Source: Macrostomum lignano (lineage: Eukaryota). Taken from it: a DNA stretch of 52,939 nucleotides. Positions 24,527 to 38,207 of the stretch are shown here, piece after piece. Location of the stretch: positions 1 to 52,939 of the forward strand of contig NIVC01004255.1 in the NCBI GenBank assembly GCA_002269645.1, read 5' to 3'. The stretch's first letter is position 1. Each line of letters starts with the position of its first letter. Under the pieces are notes generated by a model. It saw nothing but the letters and a program-made list of their open reading frames with translations. It was not told the DNA's origin and did not search any database. The position numbers and the translations under genes were made by a program.

Positions 24527-25180
24527 GTGTACTCCAGCGCCTACCTGATGAGGCGCCTCCTGCCGGTGCTCTCAGCTTCCCTATCAGCCGAGATGTCGGC
24601 CTCAGCTCGAGCCGCCCTAACCGTGCTTAACCGTCTGCTGCTCAGCCCGGACTCTCTCGATCCCGGCCTATGGGATCTCGAGGAGTTTGTCGAATTCTGG
24701 TCCTCACTGCAGCGTTGCCTCATCCATCACCCAGCCTCCGACTGCCGGAAGCTGGCCCTGGACTGCCTGTCCGCCATCTTTGCCGCTATTGGACCCGTTG
24801 GCCGGCATCGAGCCATCCTGCGCAGCCTCCACTCTCAGGACCATCCCAGCTGCCGGGGCTTCTTCATCAGCCGGCTAAAAGATCAAATCGCTTTAGCTAT
24901 TGAATTGGCTGACTCTGGTAAAACCTGTCAACAGGTGGACCTGTTCACCGGTTCGTCTGCTTTGAGAATGCTTGAGAAAGCGTTTAGCCTGCCTAGGGGC
25001 GCGGTGTCGGATATGCTGGAGGAGGGCGAGGCTCTTCTAGCAGGTCTCAATCTGCTCAAATTTCTAACCATGCGAGACGGCAGGAACCGTACACTATTCT
25101 GGAATAAGTATCAGAAAATTCAAGAGACCTATTTAGACGAGATGCGCACCGGATTTAACATGTCAATGGCGCACTATAAG
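24527..25180 (+). CDS. GLMN: Glomulin exon 2
   Basis: Acceptor GGCAG|GTG TAC (PQ|VYS). LAGLNLLKFL..RD..N.T.FW and TGFNMSMAHYK match the glomulin C-terminal motifs (SLNLLRYL..KD..N.T.LW; GLNMSKAHY). Phase-0 donor AAG|GTAATA (218 codons). Confidence 0.9.
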
Positions 25181-25219
25181 GTAATAGTTATATTGGTGTA
25201 TTTTTTCTTGCCGATATGT

Positions 25220-25585
25220 ATCGAAAATAATAAAACAAGTAAACATTCAATCCGATATTTTTTGAAAAATAACCTAAATCAAGATAAAAATTGTGCTCCG
25301 ATATGTATCAAAAAACTTGAAATCGAATTTTAAAGATTCCCAGCCGATATGTATCGAAAATATCTTGAATTGAAACTAAAATTCGGAGCCGATATGTATC
25401 GAAAATATCTTGAATTGAAACTAAAATTCGGAGCCGATATGTATCGAAAAATAACTTTAATCAAGATAAAAATTGCGCTCTGATATGTATCAAAAAACTT
25501 CAATTGAATTATAGGTTCCGAGCCGACATGTATCGAAATTATGTTAAAATGAAATAAAGATTACGAGCCGATATGTATCGAAAGT
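25220..25585. repeat. Degenerate ~45-55-bp tandem repeat in GLMN intron 2 built on CCGATATGTATCGAAA
   Basis: About 8 copies of the near-palindromic CGATATGTATCG separated by AT-rich spacers. Confidence 0.85.
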
Positions 25586-25603
25586 TCACATTTTCAATTG
25601 CAG

Positions 25604-25942
25604 GCTGAGTATCGCAATCCGACCACGGAGGAAGATCTAATCGTGCCAGCCGAGGAGATGCGAGCGGACGGCATCGAGCCGAGCATCTCAGTTGGCGGGG
25701 TGCCCCTGCCGCCCATGTCTCGAACTGAGAAGCGTCAGGTGATGCGAGAGGCGCTTAACCGTCTGGAACTGCTGGTCTTTGTTCACGGCGAGGCCAGCGA
25801 CGCACTGGATCGACTGCGACCGTCTTGGGTGGCAGCGGCTCCCCGACCGGAGGGGGACGCCAACAATCCGTACGTGCGAGACGCCACGGAGGTGACGCAC
25901 ATACCCAATGATAACTGGGATCCCAGCGATCTTACCGTGTGA
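25604..25942 (+). CDS. GLMN: Glomulin exon 3 (terminal); full protein 609 aa
   Basis: Acceptor TTTTCAATTGCAG|GCT GAG TAT joins AHYK|AEYRN (cf. glomulin AHYEAEIKN). Stop TGA 25940-42. Confidence 0.88.
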   Translation, partial: AEYRNPTTEEDLIVPAEEMRADGIEPSISVGGVPLPPMSRTEKRQVMREALNRLELLVFVHGEASDALDRLRPSWVAAAPRPEGDANNPYVRDATEVTHIPNDNWDPSDLTV

Positions 25943-26029
25943 TCACTGACAAATAATTTGATTCATCGCTACAATCGGAGTGACGCTGGGATTTGGGATT
26001 ATTTTGGAGAGGATTTGGGATCATTTTGG

Positions 26030-26462
26030 GTACCTATGGGGATTTGGGATCATTTTGGATAGCTATGGGGATTTGAGATCATTTTGGATAGCTATGGGGA
26101 TTTGGGATCATTTTGGATAGCTATGGGGATTTGAGATCATTTTGGATAGCTATGGGTATTTGGGATCATTTTGGATAGCTATGGGGATTTGGGATCATTT
26201 TAGATAGCTATGGGGATTTGAGATCATTTTGGATTGCTATGGGGATTTGGGATCATTTTGGGTAGCTTTGGGGATTTGGGATCATTTTGGGTAGCTTTGG
26301 GTATTTGGGATCATTTTGGATAGCTATGGGTATTTGGGATCATTTTGGATAGCTATGGGGATTTGGGATCATTTTGGATAGTTATGGGGATTTGAGATCA
26401 TTTTAGATAGCTATGGGGATTTGGGATCATTTTGGATAGTTATGGGAATTTGGGATCATTTC
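26030..26462. repeat. 29-bp minisatellite, ~15 copies, just 3' of the GLMN stop
   Basis: Unit GATTTGGGATCATTTTGGATAGCTATGGG. Confidence 0.95.
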
Positions 26463-27059
26463 GAAAACTTAAAGTTTACCAAGTCTAGGGTTAGTTTTAC
26501 AATGTGCCAAAAAATTAAAGCAAACAATGATTTACAAGCAGACAGAAACGCGCTAATGACTGCAATAATTAACAAAAGTACCTGCTGAACTGCTGGTCAA
26601 GTTTCTTTCCAAACAAATTGACTGCATTTTTTGTATTATTTTGAGTACCTATGTAAACAATGTACAGTATTGAATGGCGTGAACCTGTGTGACACTTCAA
26701 TAGTTCAAAAAAATCCATTTTTCTTATCTCTTGGTTACAGCTTCCAAAGTATTTTGTTTCTAGAATTATTTTTATTTAAGCATATGGCTAAATAATTATT
26801 TTTTCGCTCCAACACAATGCACTAAAGACTGATAGGATAAATGAAACAAATGTAAATTACTGATATACAGCTTGATTCAATGAGCAAAACTTAGTCAATT
26901 AAATCAATGTGAAAGTGTTAACCTTGCATTATTTTTTATTGTTGCTGTACTCGTAAGCTACTTATTAATTAGTAGCTTAATTTGGGGATAGTACTTAATT
27001 ATCAATTCGCAATAGTGAGAAGGTCGAAAAATAATTCTGCATTTTTTACTGTAATGAGT

Positions 27060-27606
27060 GGCCTTTAGTGAGTGGCCTGTAATAAAAGCGGTCTGTATTG
27101 AACAGCCTGTAATGAGCGGCCCGTAGTGCGCAGCCTGTAATAAGCAGCCTGTAATGACCGGCCTGTAATGAGCAGCCTGTAAATGACCAGCCTGTAATGA
27201 CCGGCCTGTAATGAGTAGCCTGTAAGTGACCAGCCTGTAATGAGCGGCCTGTAATGAGCGGCCCGTAGTGAGCAGCCTGTAATAAGCAGCATGTAATGAG
27301 CGGCCTGTAATGAGCGGCCCGTAGTGACCAGCCTGTAATGAGCAGCCTGTAATGAGCAGCCTGTAATGAGCGGCGTGTAATGAGCAGCCTGTAATGAGAG
27401 ACCTGTAATGAGCGGCGTGTAATGAACAGCCTGTAATGAGAGACCTGTAATGAGCGGCGTGTAATGAGCAGCCTGTAATGACCAGCCTGTAATAATAAAG
27501 CAGCCTGTAATGAGCAGCCTGTAATAATAATAAAGCAGCCTGTAATGAGCAGCCTGTAATGAGCGGCCTGTAATGAGCGGCCTGTAGCAAGCAGCCTGTA
27601 ATGAGC
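27060..27606. repeat. 14-bp minisatellite just 3' of the Ly6 gene stop
   Basis: Unit TGAGCAGCCTGTAA with variants. Confidence 0.95.
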
Positions 27607-27677
27607 GGCAAACGAAACCAAGGTGAGTAATAGTTCACGGTCACACATGAGGCGGTCAAAATCTTTCCTTCTTGGCT

Positions 27678-28123
27678 TTATAAGCGCGCTAAAACGAGCG
27701 TCAGTGCGAGGAGCGCATTAGTAAGCAAACTGGCGCTATCAGCTGCGGCGCCGTTGCAGCCATCGTAGCGGCACATTGACACGCATCCGTCAAAATATTC
27801 TCTGCTATCATCAGATTGTTCAGCCTGCCCAATTAGCGACTTAGTGACGGCAAACCGACCGCAGTGGCTATTCTTATAATTCTCTATTAGTGTGTCAATT
27901 GAGCACCGACGAATCAGAACCTGCTGACCGTTGGACTGCTGGCGACCTTTGAGCTTGAAGCAGTAGCGCGCTGGGAATTGGCCAGATCGACCTAGACGAC
28001 CCTGACGGCAGTCCTGGACAAGCTGAGCGCCGGCGGCTGGTCGGGAGTCAAACGGGTCGTGACAGGCTGGATTGGAGCCGTTGATTGACTCGCAGACGAA
28101 GCAGCCAATGCTTGCGGATGAGA
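27678..28123 (-). CDS. Ly6/uPAR three-finger (quiver/sleepless-like) GPI-anchored protein, exon 2 (mature domain)
   Basis: IGCFVCESINGSNPACHDPF...GCVSMCRYDGCN: 10 Cys ending in CN, then small residues (GAAA) and a hydrophobic tail (LLTNALLALTLVLARL), a GPI signal. Phase-1 acceptor TTTTTTACCCACAG|TC. Stop TAA 27680-78. Confidence 0.88.
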
Positions 28124-28184
28124 CTGTGGGTAAAAAAGCAAGTTTGCTGCATAGGGTTGCACTCATGTTGTACTCATGATGCAA

Positions 28185-31100
28185 CAGTGACTGAAGTGTC
28201 TGTAAACTCTTCTGTTGACTGAAGTGTCTGTAAACTCTTCTGTTGACTGAAGTGTCTGTAAACTCTTCTGTTGACTGAAGTGTCTGTAAACTCTTCTGTT
28301 GACTGAAGTGTCTGTAAACTCTTCTGTTGACTGAAGTGTCTGTAAACTCTTCTGTTGACTGAAGTGTCTGTAAACTCTTCTGTTGACTGAAGTGCCTGTA
28401 AACTCTTCTGTTGACTGAAGTGTCTGTAAAGTAGTCTGTTAACTGAAGTGTCTGCAAACTCTTCTGTTAACTGAAGTGTCTGTAAACTAGTCTGTTGACT
28501 GAAGTGTCTGTAAACTCTTCTGTTAACTGAAGTGTCTGCAAACTCTTCTGTTAACTGAAGTGTCTGTAAACTAGTCTGTTGACTGAAGTGTCTGTAAACT
28601 CTTCTGTTGACTGAAGTGTCTGTAAACTCTTCTGTTGACTGAAGTGTCTGCAAACTCTTCTGTTGACTGAAGTGTCTGTAAACTCTTCTGTTGACAGAAG
28701 TGTCTGTAAACTAGTCTGTTAACTGAAGTGTCTGTAAACTAGTCTGTTGACTGAAGTGTCTGTAAACTAGTCTGTTGACTGAAGTGTCTGTAAAGTAGTC
28801 TGTTGACTGAAGTGTCTGTAAACTAGTCTGTTAACTGAAGTGTCTGTAAACTCTTATGTTAACTGCAGTGTCTGTAAACTAGTCTGTTGACTGAAGTGTC
28901 TGTAAACTCTTCTGTTGACTGAAGTGTCTGTAAACTAGTCTGTTGACTGAAGTGTCTGTAAACTCTTCTGTTGACTGAAGTGTCTGTAAACTCTTCTGTT
29001 GACTGAAGTGTCTGTAAACTCTTCTGTTAACTGAAGTGTCTGTAAACTCTTCTGTTGACTGAAGTGTCTGTAAACTCTTCTGTTGACTGAAGTGTCTGTA
29101 AACTCTTCTGTTAACTGAAGTGTCTGTAAACTCTTCTGTTGACTGAAGTGTCTGTAAACTCTTCTGTTGACTGAAGTGTCTGTAAAGTAGTCTGTTGACT
29201 GAAGTGTCTGTAAACTAGTCTGTTGACTGAAGTGTCTGTAAACTAGTCTGTTGACTGAAGTGTCTGTAAACTAGTCTGTTGACTGAAGTGTCTGTAAACT
29301 AGTCTGTTGACTGAAGTGTTTGTAAACTAGTCTGTTGACAGAAGTGTCTGTAAACTAGTCTGTTGACTGAAGTGTCTGTAAACTCTTCTGTTGACTGAAG
29401 TGTCTGTAAACTCTTCTGTTGACTGAAGTGTCTGTAAACTCTTCTGTTAACTGAAGTGTCTGTAAACTAGTCTGTTGACTGAAGTGTCTGTAAACTCTTA
29501 TGTTAACTGAAGTGTCTGTAAACTAGTCTGTTGACTGAAGTGTCTGTAAACTCTTATGTTAACTGAAGTGTCTGTAAACTCTTATGTTAACTGCAGTGTC
29601 TGTAAACTAGTCTGTTGACAGAAGTGTCTGTAAACTCTTATGTTAACTGAAGTGTCTGTAAACTCTTATGTTAACTGAAGTGTCTGTAAACTAGTCTGTT
29701 AACTGAAGTGTCTGTAAACTCTTATGTTAACTGAAGTGTCTGTAAACTCTTATGTTAACTGCAGTGTCTGTAAACTAGTCTGTTAACTGAAGTGTCTGTA
29801 AACTCTTATGTTAACTGAAGTGTCTGTAAACTCTTATGTTAACTGCAGTGTCTGTAAAGTAGTCTGTTAACTGAAGTGTCTGTAAACTCTTCTGTTGACT
29901 GAAGTGTCTGCAAACTCTTATGTTAACTGAAGTGTCTGTAAACTCTTATGTTAACTGCAGTGTCTGTAAACTAGTCTGTTAACTGAAGTGTCTGTAAACT
30001 CTTATGTTAACTGAAGTGTCTGTAAACTCTTATGTTAACTGAAGTGTCTGTAAACTAGTCTGTTAACTGAAGTGTCTGTAAACTCTTATGTTAACTGAAG
30101 TGTCTGTAAACTAGTCTGTTAACTGAAGTGTCTGTAAACTCTTATGTTAACTGAAGTGTCTGTAAACTCTTATGTTAACTGCAGTGTCTGTAAACTAGTC
30201 TGTTAACTGCAGTGTCTGTAAAGTAGTCTGTTAACTGAAGTGTCTGTAAACTCTTCTGTTGAATGAAGTGTCTGTAAACTCTTATGTTAACTGAAGTGTC
30301 TGTAAACTCTTATGTTAACTGCAGTGTCTGTAAACTAGTCTGTTGACTGAAGTTTCTGTAAACTCTTCTGTTGACTGAAGTGTCTGTAAACTAGTCTGTT
30401 AACTGAAGTGTCTGTAAACTAGTCTGTTGACTGAAGTGTCTGTAAACTCTTATGTTAACTGCAGTGTCTGTAAACTCTTATGTTGACTGCAGTGTCTGTA
30501 AACTAGGCTGTTAACTGCAGTGTCTGTAAACTCTTCTGTTGACTGAAGTGTCTGTAAACTCTTATGTTAACTGCAGTGTCTGTAAACTAGTCTGTTAACT
30601 GAAGTGTCTGTAAACTCTTATGTTAACTGAAGTGTCTGTAAACTCTTATGTTAACTGCAGTGTCTGTAAACTAGTCTGTTAACTGCAGTGTCTGTAAAGT
30701 AGTCTGTTAACTGAAGTGTCTGTAAACTCTTCTGTTGACTGAAGTGTCTGTAAACTCTTATGTTAACTGAAGTGTCTGTAAACTCTTATGTTAACTTCAG
30801 TGTCTGTAAACTAGTCTGTTGACTGAAGTTTCTGTAAACTCTTCTGTTGACTGAAGTGTCTGTAAACTCTTCTGTTAACTGAAGTGTCTGTAAACTAGTC
30901 TGTTGACTGAAGTGTCTGTAAACTCTTATGTTAACTGCAGTGTCTGTAAACTCTTATGTTAACTGCAGTGTCTGTAAACTAGGCTGTTAACTGAAGTGTC
31001 TGTAAACTCTTCTGTTGACTGAAGTCTCTGTAAACTAGTCTGTTGACTGAAGTGTCTGTAAACTCTTCTGTTGACTGAAGTGTCTGTAAACTAGTCTGTT

Positions 31101-32941
31101 GACTGAAGTGTCTGTAAACTCTTCTGTTGACAGAAGTGTCTGTAAACTAGTCTGTTAACTGAAGTGTCTGTAAACTAGTCTGTTGACTGAAGTGTCTGTA
31201 AACTCTTATGTTAACTGCAGTGTCTGTAAACTAGTCTGTTGACTGAAGTGTCTGTAAACTCTTCTGTTGACTGAAGTGTCTGTAAACTAGTCTGTTGACT
31301 GAAGTGTCTGTAAACTAGTCTGTTGACTGAAGTGTCTGTAAACTCTTATGTTTACTGCAGTGTCTGTAAACTAGTCTGTTGACTGAAGTGTCTGTAAACT
31401 CTTCTGTTGACTGAAGTGTCTGTAAACTAGTCTGTTAACTGAAGTGTCTGTAAACTAGTCTGTTGACTGAAGTGTCTGTAAACCCTTATGTTAACTGAAG
31501 TGTCTGTAAACTCTTATGTTAACTGAAGTGTCTGTAAACTAGTCTGTTAACTGAAGTGTCTGTAAACTCTTATGTTAACTGAAGTGTCTGTAAACTCTTA
31601 TGTTAACTGCAGTGTCTGTAAACTAGTCTGTTAACTGAAGTGTCTGTAAACTCTTATGTTAACTGAAGTGTCTGTAAACTCTTATGTTAACTGCAGTGTC
31701 TGTAAAGTAGTCTGTTAACTGAAGTGTCTGTAAACTCTTCTGTTGACTGAAGTGTCTGCAAACTCTTATGTTAACTGAAGTGTCTGTAAACTCTTCTGTT
31801 GACTGAAGTGTCTGTAAACTCTTATGTTGACTGAAGTGTCTGTAAACTCTTATGTTAACTTCAGTGTCTGTAAACTAGTCTGTTGACTGAAGTTTCTGTA
31901 AACTCTTCTGTTGACTGAAGTGTCTGTAAACTAGTCTGTTAACTGAAGTGTCTGTAAACTAGTCTGTTGACTGAAGTGTCTGTAAACTCTTATGTTAACT
32001 GCAGTGTCTGTAAACTCTTATGTTAACTGCAGTGTCTGTAAACTAGGCTGTTAACTGAAGTGTCTGTAAACTCTTCTGTTGACTGAAGTGTCTGTAAACT
32101 CTTCTGTTGACTGAAGTCTCTGTAAACTAGTCTGTTGACTGAAGTGTCTGTAAACTCTTCTGTTGACTGAAGTGTCTGTAAACTAGTCTGTTGACTGAAG
32201 TGTCTGTAAACTCTTCTGTTGACAGAAGTGTCTGTAAACTAGTCTGTTAACTGAAGTGTCTGTAAACTAGTCTGTTGACTGAAGTGTCTGTAAACTCTTA
32301 TGTTAACTGCAGTGTCTGTAAACTAGTCTGTTGACTGAAGTGTCTGTAAACTCTTCTGTTGACTGAAGTGTCTGTAAACTAGTCTGTTGACTGAAGTGTC
32401 TGTAAACTAGTCTGTTGACTGAAGTGTCTGTAAACTCTTATGTTAACTGCAGTGTCTGTAAACTAGTCTGTTGACTGAAGTGTCTGTAAACTCTTCTGTT
32501 GACTGAAGTGTCTGTAAACTCTTCTGTTGACTGAAGTGTCTGTAAACTAGTCTGTTAACTGAAGTGTCTGTAAACTAGTCTGTTGACTGAAGTGTCTGTA
32601 AACTCTTATGTTAACTGAAGTGTCTGTAAACTCTTCTGTTGACTGAAGTGTCTGTAAACTAGTCTGTTGACTGAAGTGTCTGTAAACTAGTCTGTTGACT
32701 GAAGTGTCTGTAAACTCTTATGTTAACTGCAGTGTCTGTAAACTAGTCTGTTGACTGAAGTGTCTGTAAACTCTTCTGTTGACTGAAGTGTCTGTAAACT
32801 CTTCTGTTGACTGAAGTGTCTGTAAACTAGTCTGTTAACTGAAGTGTCTGTAAACTAGTCTGTTGACTGAAGTGTCTGTAAACTCTTATGTTAACTGAAG
32901 TGTCTGTAAACTCTTCTGTTGACTGAAGTGTCTGTAAACTT
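28185..32941. repeat. 28-bp minisatellite, ~170 copies, forming nearly all of the Ly6 gene intron
   Basis: Unit ACTGAAGTGTCTGTAAACTCTTCTGTTG with variant slots CTCTTC/CTAGTC/CTCTTA, TTGAC/TTAAC and GAAG/GCAG. Confidence 0.98.
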
Positions 32942-33050
32942 TACTGTCCTTTTCTGTCATTTCTGTCAACTTGAGTATTTTTACTGTAGTGCCTGTCAAC
33001 TGCAGTAATTGAACTTCTATTAAATAACGTGCTAGAGAATGGCCACTCAC

Positions 33051-33153
33051 TTTGCACGCTGCAGGTCATAGTCAGTAGCAGATAGCAGCAGAAGCTTCTG
33101 CATAATAATCTAACAAGGTTACTGATGTTTCTTTGTTGACAATGAAGAGGCAT
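33051..33153 (-). CDS. Ly6/quiver-like gene exon 1 (signal peptide)
   Basis: ATG 33153; MPLHCQQRNISNLVRLLCRSFCCYLLLTMTCSVQ. Phase-1 donor A|GTGAGT joins exon 2 in frame (SVQ-I-SSASIGCFVC). Total 549 nt = 182 aa. Confidence 0.75.
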
Positions 33154-33691
33154 TTAGTAAGATTTTACTATAAAAATTGAAAAGTTTGAATTCAAACTCG
33201 AAGCCAAAATATCGAGTGGGGCTGTGCATTAATATATTTATTCTACAGATTCGACTTGCTGTGTTCGCTTTTAATTCCCTTGGGGAAGCCCAAGAACGCT
33301 TGGGGATACGTATTTTTTCTATTCCGCAGCGCGTGCATGTCAAACTGCAACTCCGCTAGACGACCATTTGCCGAAGTGGTTCCGCGACAAAACTGAAATT
33401 CCCGAATTCGGTCGCATTGCATCCTAAAGTGGTCGGATTATACAGCTGCAGCCGGGCAAATGCATAGATTTCTTTTCTGTGCAGCTCCGCCTGTTTGCTT
33501 TGCTGGGGTTTTAAGGACATCTGGCGCACTGTGCCGCTGGCTTGCAGCTCTATAGAGACTTACGCCTGACAGCTATGCATTCCAGAGACAGCAGTATAGA
33601 CGGTGGACAGATGTGCGTTTGACATTTCACCTAGCTAATACTGTTTGATTGGGTAAACCCGAGCTGCCTCTCTTTAATGTGGTGTAATATC

Positions 33692-34058
<367 letters not shown>

Positions 34059-34789
34059 ATGAGTTCTGGTTTATGGAGAGAAACTGTAACATGTCGCTGA
34101 GTGTAGATGTTTTTTTACTCGCAATAATTAATATTCACGTTTAAATTTGTGTTTTCTGACATAAAAGCTTCCATTATAAATACCTCCGCGTCACCCTGAA
34201 GACCCCCAGAGACACGGGGGACGAGGGGGGGGGCTTCCGTCGCACATCGAACTTTCTTGTACTTATTTGTTGTAGGTCCCTTTTACTGCCATATTGGTAG
34301 TCGTTGGCAGCTCTATATTCGACATTATTCCAGATACAGATAGACTGTAAAAGCTCTTGTGCAAGTGCAATACCCCCACCAACTAGCTGCAGGTATTTGA
34401 GGGAGACAGTTGAGAAAATTGTTTTTAAATTACTGTCTTCTCTAACTTTGAGTGGGCGTTTGTACCGTGTCACTCTGCGCGTTTAAGTTTGAGGCTTCAG
34501 CCAGTAAAATAAAATCTCTGCAGTAAAGTAAAGCGCTGCCGGGGTTGGACTGGAGAGCTGAAACAATTGACAGATGAATAGAAGAGTCGGAGAGACAGGA
34601 GAGCAGTGTACAGTGCTCAAACTTTTTTGGCTTGGAAAAAACAAAGTAGCCAGCTGAATTTTTTTCTTTCTTCATTTTTAAATACAGAAGACATCCGCAA
34701 AAACCCATCATATCTCTGCTCAAGCCTTTAAGCTTTTTAGTTTGTTTTTCTATCAGAAATAAGCGCTTGAATTGAATAATTGCTATAGA

Positions 34790-34919
34790 ATGATGACACA
34801 CAGAGCCGAGAAGTGCATGTTTGTTGTCGTTTTGATCTTCATCGGCACAGCGTTGAAGTCCCAGCAGACTCTGGGAGTGCGCATACATGCGACTGACAAA
34901 GAGTTGATGCCGGCTGCTG
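34790..34919 (+). CDS. Uncharacterised type-I membrane protein, exon 1 of 5 (signal peptide)
   Basis: MMTHRAEKCMFVVVLIFIGTALKSQQTLGVRIHATDKELMPAA; hydrophobic core FVVVLIFIG. Phase-1 donor CTG|GTGAGA. Upstream acceptor TTTGTTTTTCTATCAG at 34755-56. Confidence 0.65.
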
Positions 34920-34983
34920 GTGAGAATATCTATTAATTATATAAAAAGTACACAAACATTACATTACAAATCTATTAATCTAC

Positions 34984-35672
<689 letters not shown>

Positions 35673-36069
35673 TTAATCTACAAAAATCTACAAATCTATC
35701 TATTACAAAACATCGAACTTAAGTACAAGGACGCAACAGTAAAAATCTATAGAGAAATTTTTGAAGGCCACTTTTCACAGAAAAATACACTATGGAGATA
35801 GAAACTTTTCACTCTTTTCATATTAAAATAGTTATTGCTTTTAATAGAAGGAAGACCCAAAGTTCTGTTGATTTTTATAAAGCTTTTTGTTTAAAAAATT
35901 AGCATTATATGTCAATTTTTTTATTCTACGTACAATTTTTAGATAGTGTATTTTTGTGAGAAAAGTGGCCTTCAAAACTTTCAAAACTTGCCATGAAACG
36001 TGAGTTGCTTTGTAGTTATCCTTGCGAGGAGTAAGAAGGCTTTTCAACCCCCCACTCGTATTTCCACAG

Positions 36070-36221
36070 AGGCCTGGAATTCCAGCGTCTACTTGACATT
36101 CTGCAGCGGCCAGGCGAGCGTGCACTTCTCGCCGCCGCAGGCGCGCTGGCACCAGATTCGGGTGCAAATAAGAAGCAAACCCGGTGCTAACCTCAAGCCT
36201 AAGTACTTTAGACAGAGCGAG
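36070..36221 (+). CDS. Type-I membrane protein, exon 2
   Basis: Acceptor TATTTCCACAG|AG (phase 1); EAWNSSVYLTFC...KYFRQSE; phase-0 donor GAG|GTAATT. Confidence 0.7.
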
Positions 36222-36805
36222 GTAATTCGGTCATAGAAGATCATAACTGCAGGAGGGCTGTGGTGACATCGTTCACAACCAGCGTTGATAGCTTTCCATC
36301 TCGCTGGCTTTCGCTTCAGAAAAAATTTAAAAAACGCATAGCGTCTACTGTTTATTCAGTAGTTTTTCTGCGCATTTTCCCTTAAATTTATTGCTGCAGA
36401 CAACAAGCATTTAACTCGATGCACTCACTACAGCCGAAACTCAGCCTAGGGGGGGGCAGGCCCAATCTAGCTCAGCCAATGAGAGAGGAAGGAAAGATGC
36501 CAAGGTCAGTCACAAGCAAAAAAAGGCGCCACTCCTTGTCTCTCTTGCTCGCTATTGCATTCATTGGCTTCAAAAAGTATGAAGAAGCTATTGTACTGGG
36601 GTCTGCCTTTAGAATGCCGACTATTGCAGCTTGAAAAACTATAATTTTTTTTACTTTGCCAGTATACTTGTAATGACAAAAAACGCTAAGTTTGCTACTT
36701 AATGCAGTAGATTAGAGTATTTTTTGAGAGTGACATATTGTTATTCTAGTATCTGTAGCATGTGTATGTATCTATAACCATCCAATATATCATCATCCAT
36801 TTCAG

Positions 36806-36907
36806 CTCAGAAAGCTGGTCAGTCCAGACACTGGCTTGGCGAGAGTCGTCTTCGCAGACGCTGCCGCCTTCTCGAGCTCAGCTAGTAACGTCGGCTATTA
36901 CCCCTCG
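36806..36907 (+). CDS. Type-I membrane protein, exon 3
   Basis: Acceptor CCATTTCAG|; LRKLVSPDTGLARVVFADAAAFSSSASNVGYYPS; phase-0 donor TCG|GTAGGT. Confidence 0.7.
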
Positions 36908-37064
36908 GTAGGTCTGCATTCCTTTGTCTGGACTGGTCGTGCGATTGTTGCCCATGAAGAAGAGCCCCAAAATCCCTCAGTACGTGCCTGACAATGAGAA
37001 AGTTTGGGGATGTCATAGAAACACTCCATCGTGTGCCTGCGTGTGTGTCCACTGGGGTCCTCTA

Positions 37065-37830
37065 GAGACACTGACAATCCTCTAGGAACACAGACAACCC
37101 TATAGAGACATTGAATCCTTATTGAGATAATGTCATTCTTATTAAGACACTGACATAATTAATGAGACACTGACATCCTTATTAAGACACTGACATAATT
37201 AATGAGACACTGACATCCTTATTAAGACACTGAAATCCTTATTAAGACACTGAAATCCTGATTGAGATACTGACAACCCTATAGAGACACTGACAACCCT
37301 ATAGAGACACTGACATCAAAAATAAGGCAATGACATCCTTAATGAGACACTGACATCCGTATTGAGACACTGACATTCGTATTGAGACACTGACATCCGT
37401 ATTGAAACACTGACATTCCTATTGAGACACTGACATCCGTATTGAAACACTGACATCCGTATTGAAACACTGACATTCCTATTGAGACACTGACATCCGT
37501 ATTGAAACACTGACATCCGTATTGAAACACTGACATTCCTATTGAAACACTGACATCCGTATTGAAACACTGACATCCGTATTGAAACACTGACATCCGT
37601 ATTGAGACACTGACATCCCCATTGCGACACTGACATCCTTTGAGACACTGACACCACTCTAGAGATACTGACACCCCTCAGGAGATACTGACACCCCTCA
37701 GAAGATACTGACACCCCTCAGAAGATACTGACACCCCTCAGGAGATACTGACACCCTTCAGGAGATACTGACATCCCTCAGGAGACTGACAACCCTCTTA
37801 AGACACTGACTACCTTCCAGAAGCATGTCT
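37065..37830. repeat. 20-bp minisatellite (GAGACACTGAC core) in intron 3
   Basis: Unit ATTGAGACACTGACATCCGT and variants. Confidence 0.93.
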
Positions 37831-38026
37831 TCTTGGCTCCTCGAGGGCTGCTGGTAGACCTAATCGTCTTGAGTTTGAAATCCCCCCTAAGACGAACTAC
37901 TCGATAAATGATATAGGATAACCGTCTGAATTACGAGCTACTTAGTATCAAATTTCGAACATTTATTAAAGTGCATATCTAAGCAATTTTATTTGCCAAG
38001 TACATATTTTGTATTTTTCTACACAG

Positions 38027-38111
38027 GTCCGAATTCTTTCTGAAGCCAAGTCTAAGATGTACTGCACGTGGTGCCGGGAGCGTTCTACTCCCACTGGCTG
38101 TCTGTTCTATG
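38027..38111 (+). CDS. Type-I membrane protein, exon 4
   Basis: Acceptor TATTTTTCTACACAG|; VRILSEAKSKMYCTWCRERSTPTGCLFY; phase-1 donor G|GTGAGA. Confidence 0.72.
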
Positions 38112-38207
38112 GTGAGAATTGGCATTAGATAGATTTATACTACAATTAACCAATGACTTGAGGATTCGTATACGTTAGAATCTTTCCTTTGAGATTTATT
38201 TACTTAA

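Noticed and set aside
25181-25333. C-terminal VIVILVYFFLP segment of ORF 24527-25333 as a TM helix
   Set aside because: Intron read-through past the AAG|GTAATA donor; the spliced form matches the glomulin AHYxAE motif.
28124-28653. Repetitive N-terminus of ORF 27678-28457 and ORF 28174-28653
   Set aside because: Intronic minisatellite; the real N-terminus is the signal-peptide exon at 33153-33051.
34190-34225. CTGAAGA-CCCCC...GGGGG hammerhead-like stem
   Set aside because: It is followed by ACGA rather than GAAA, and no helix I/III with a cleavage triplet can be drawn.
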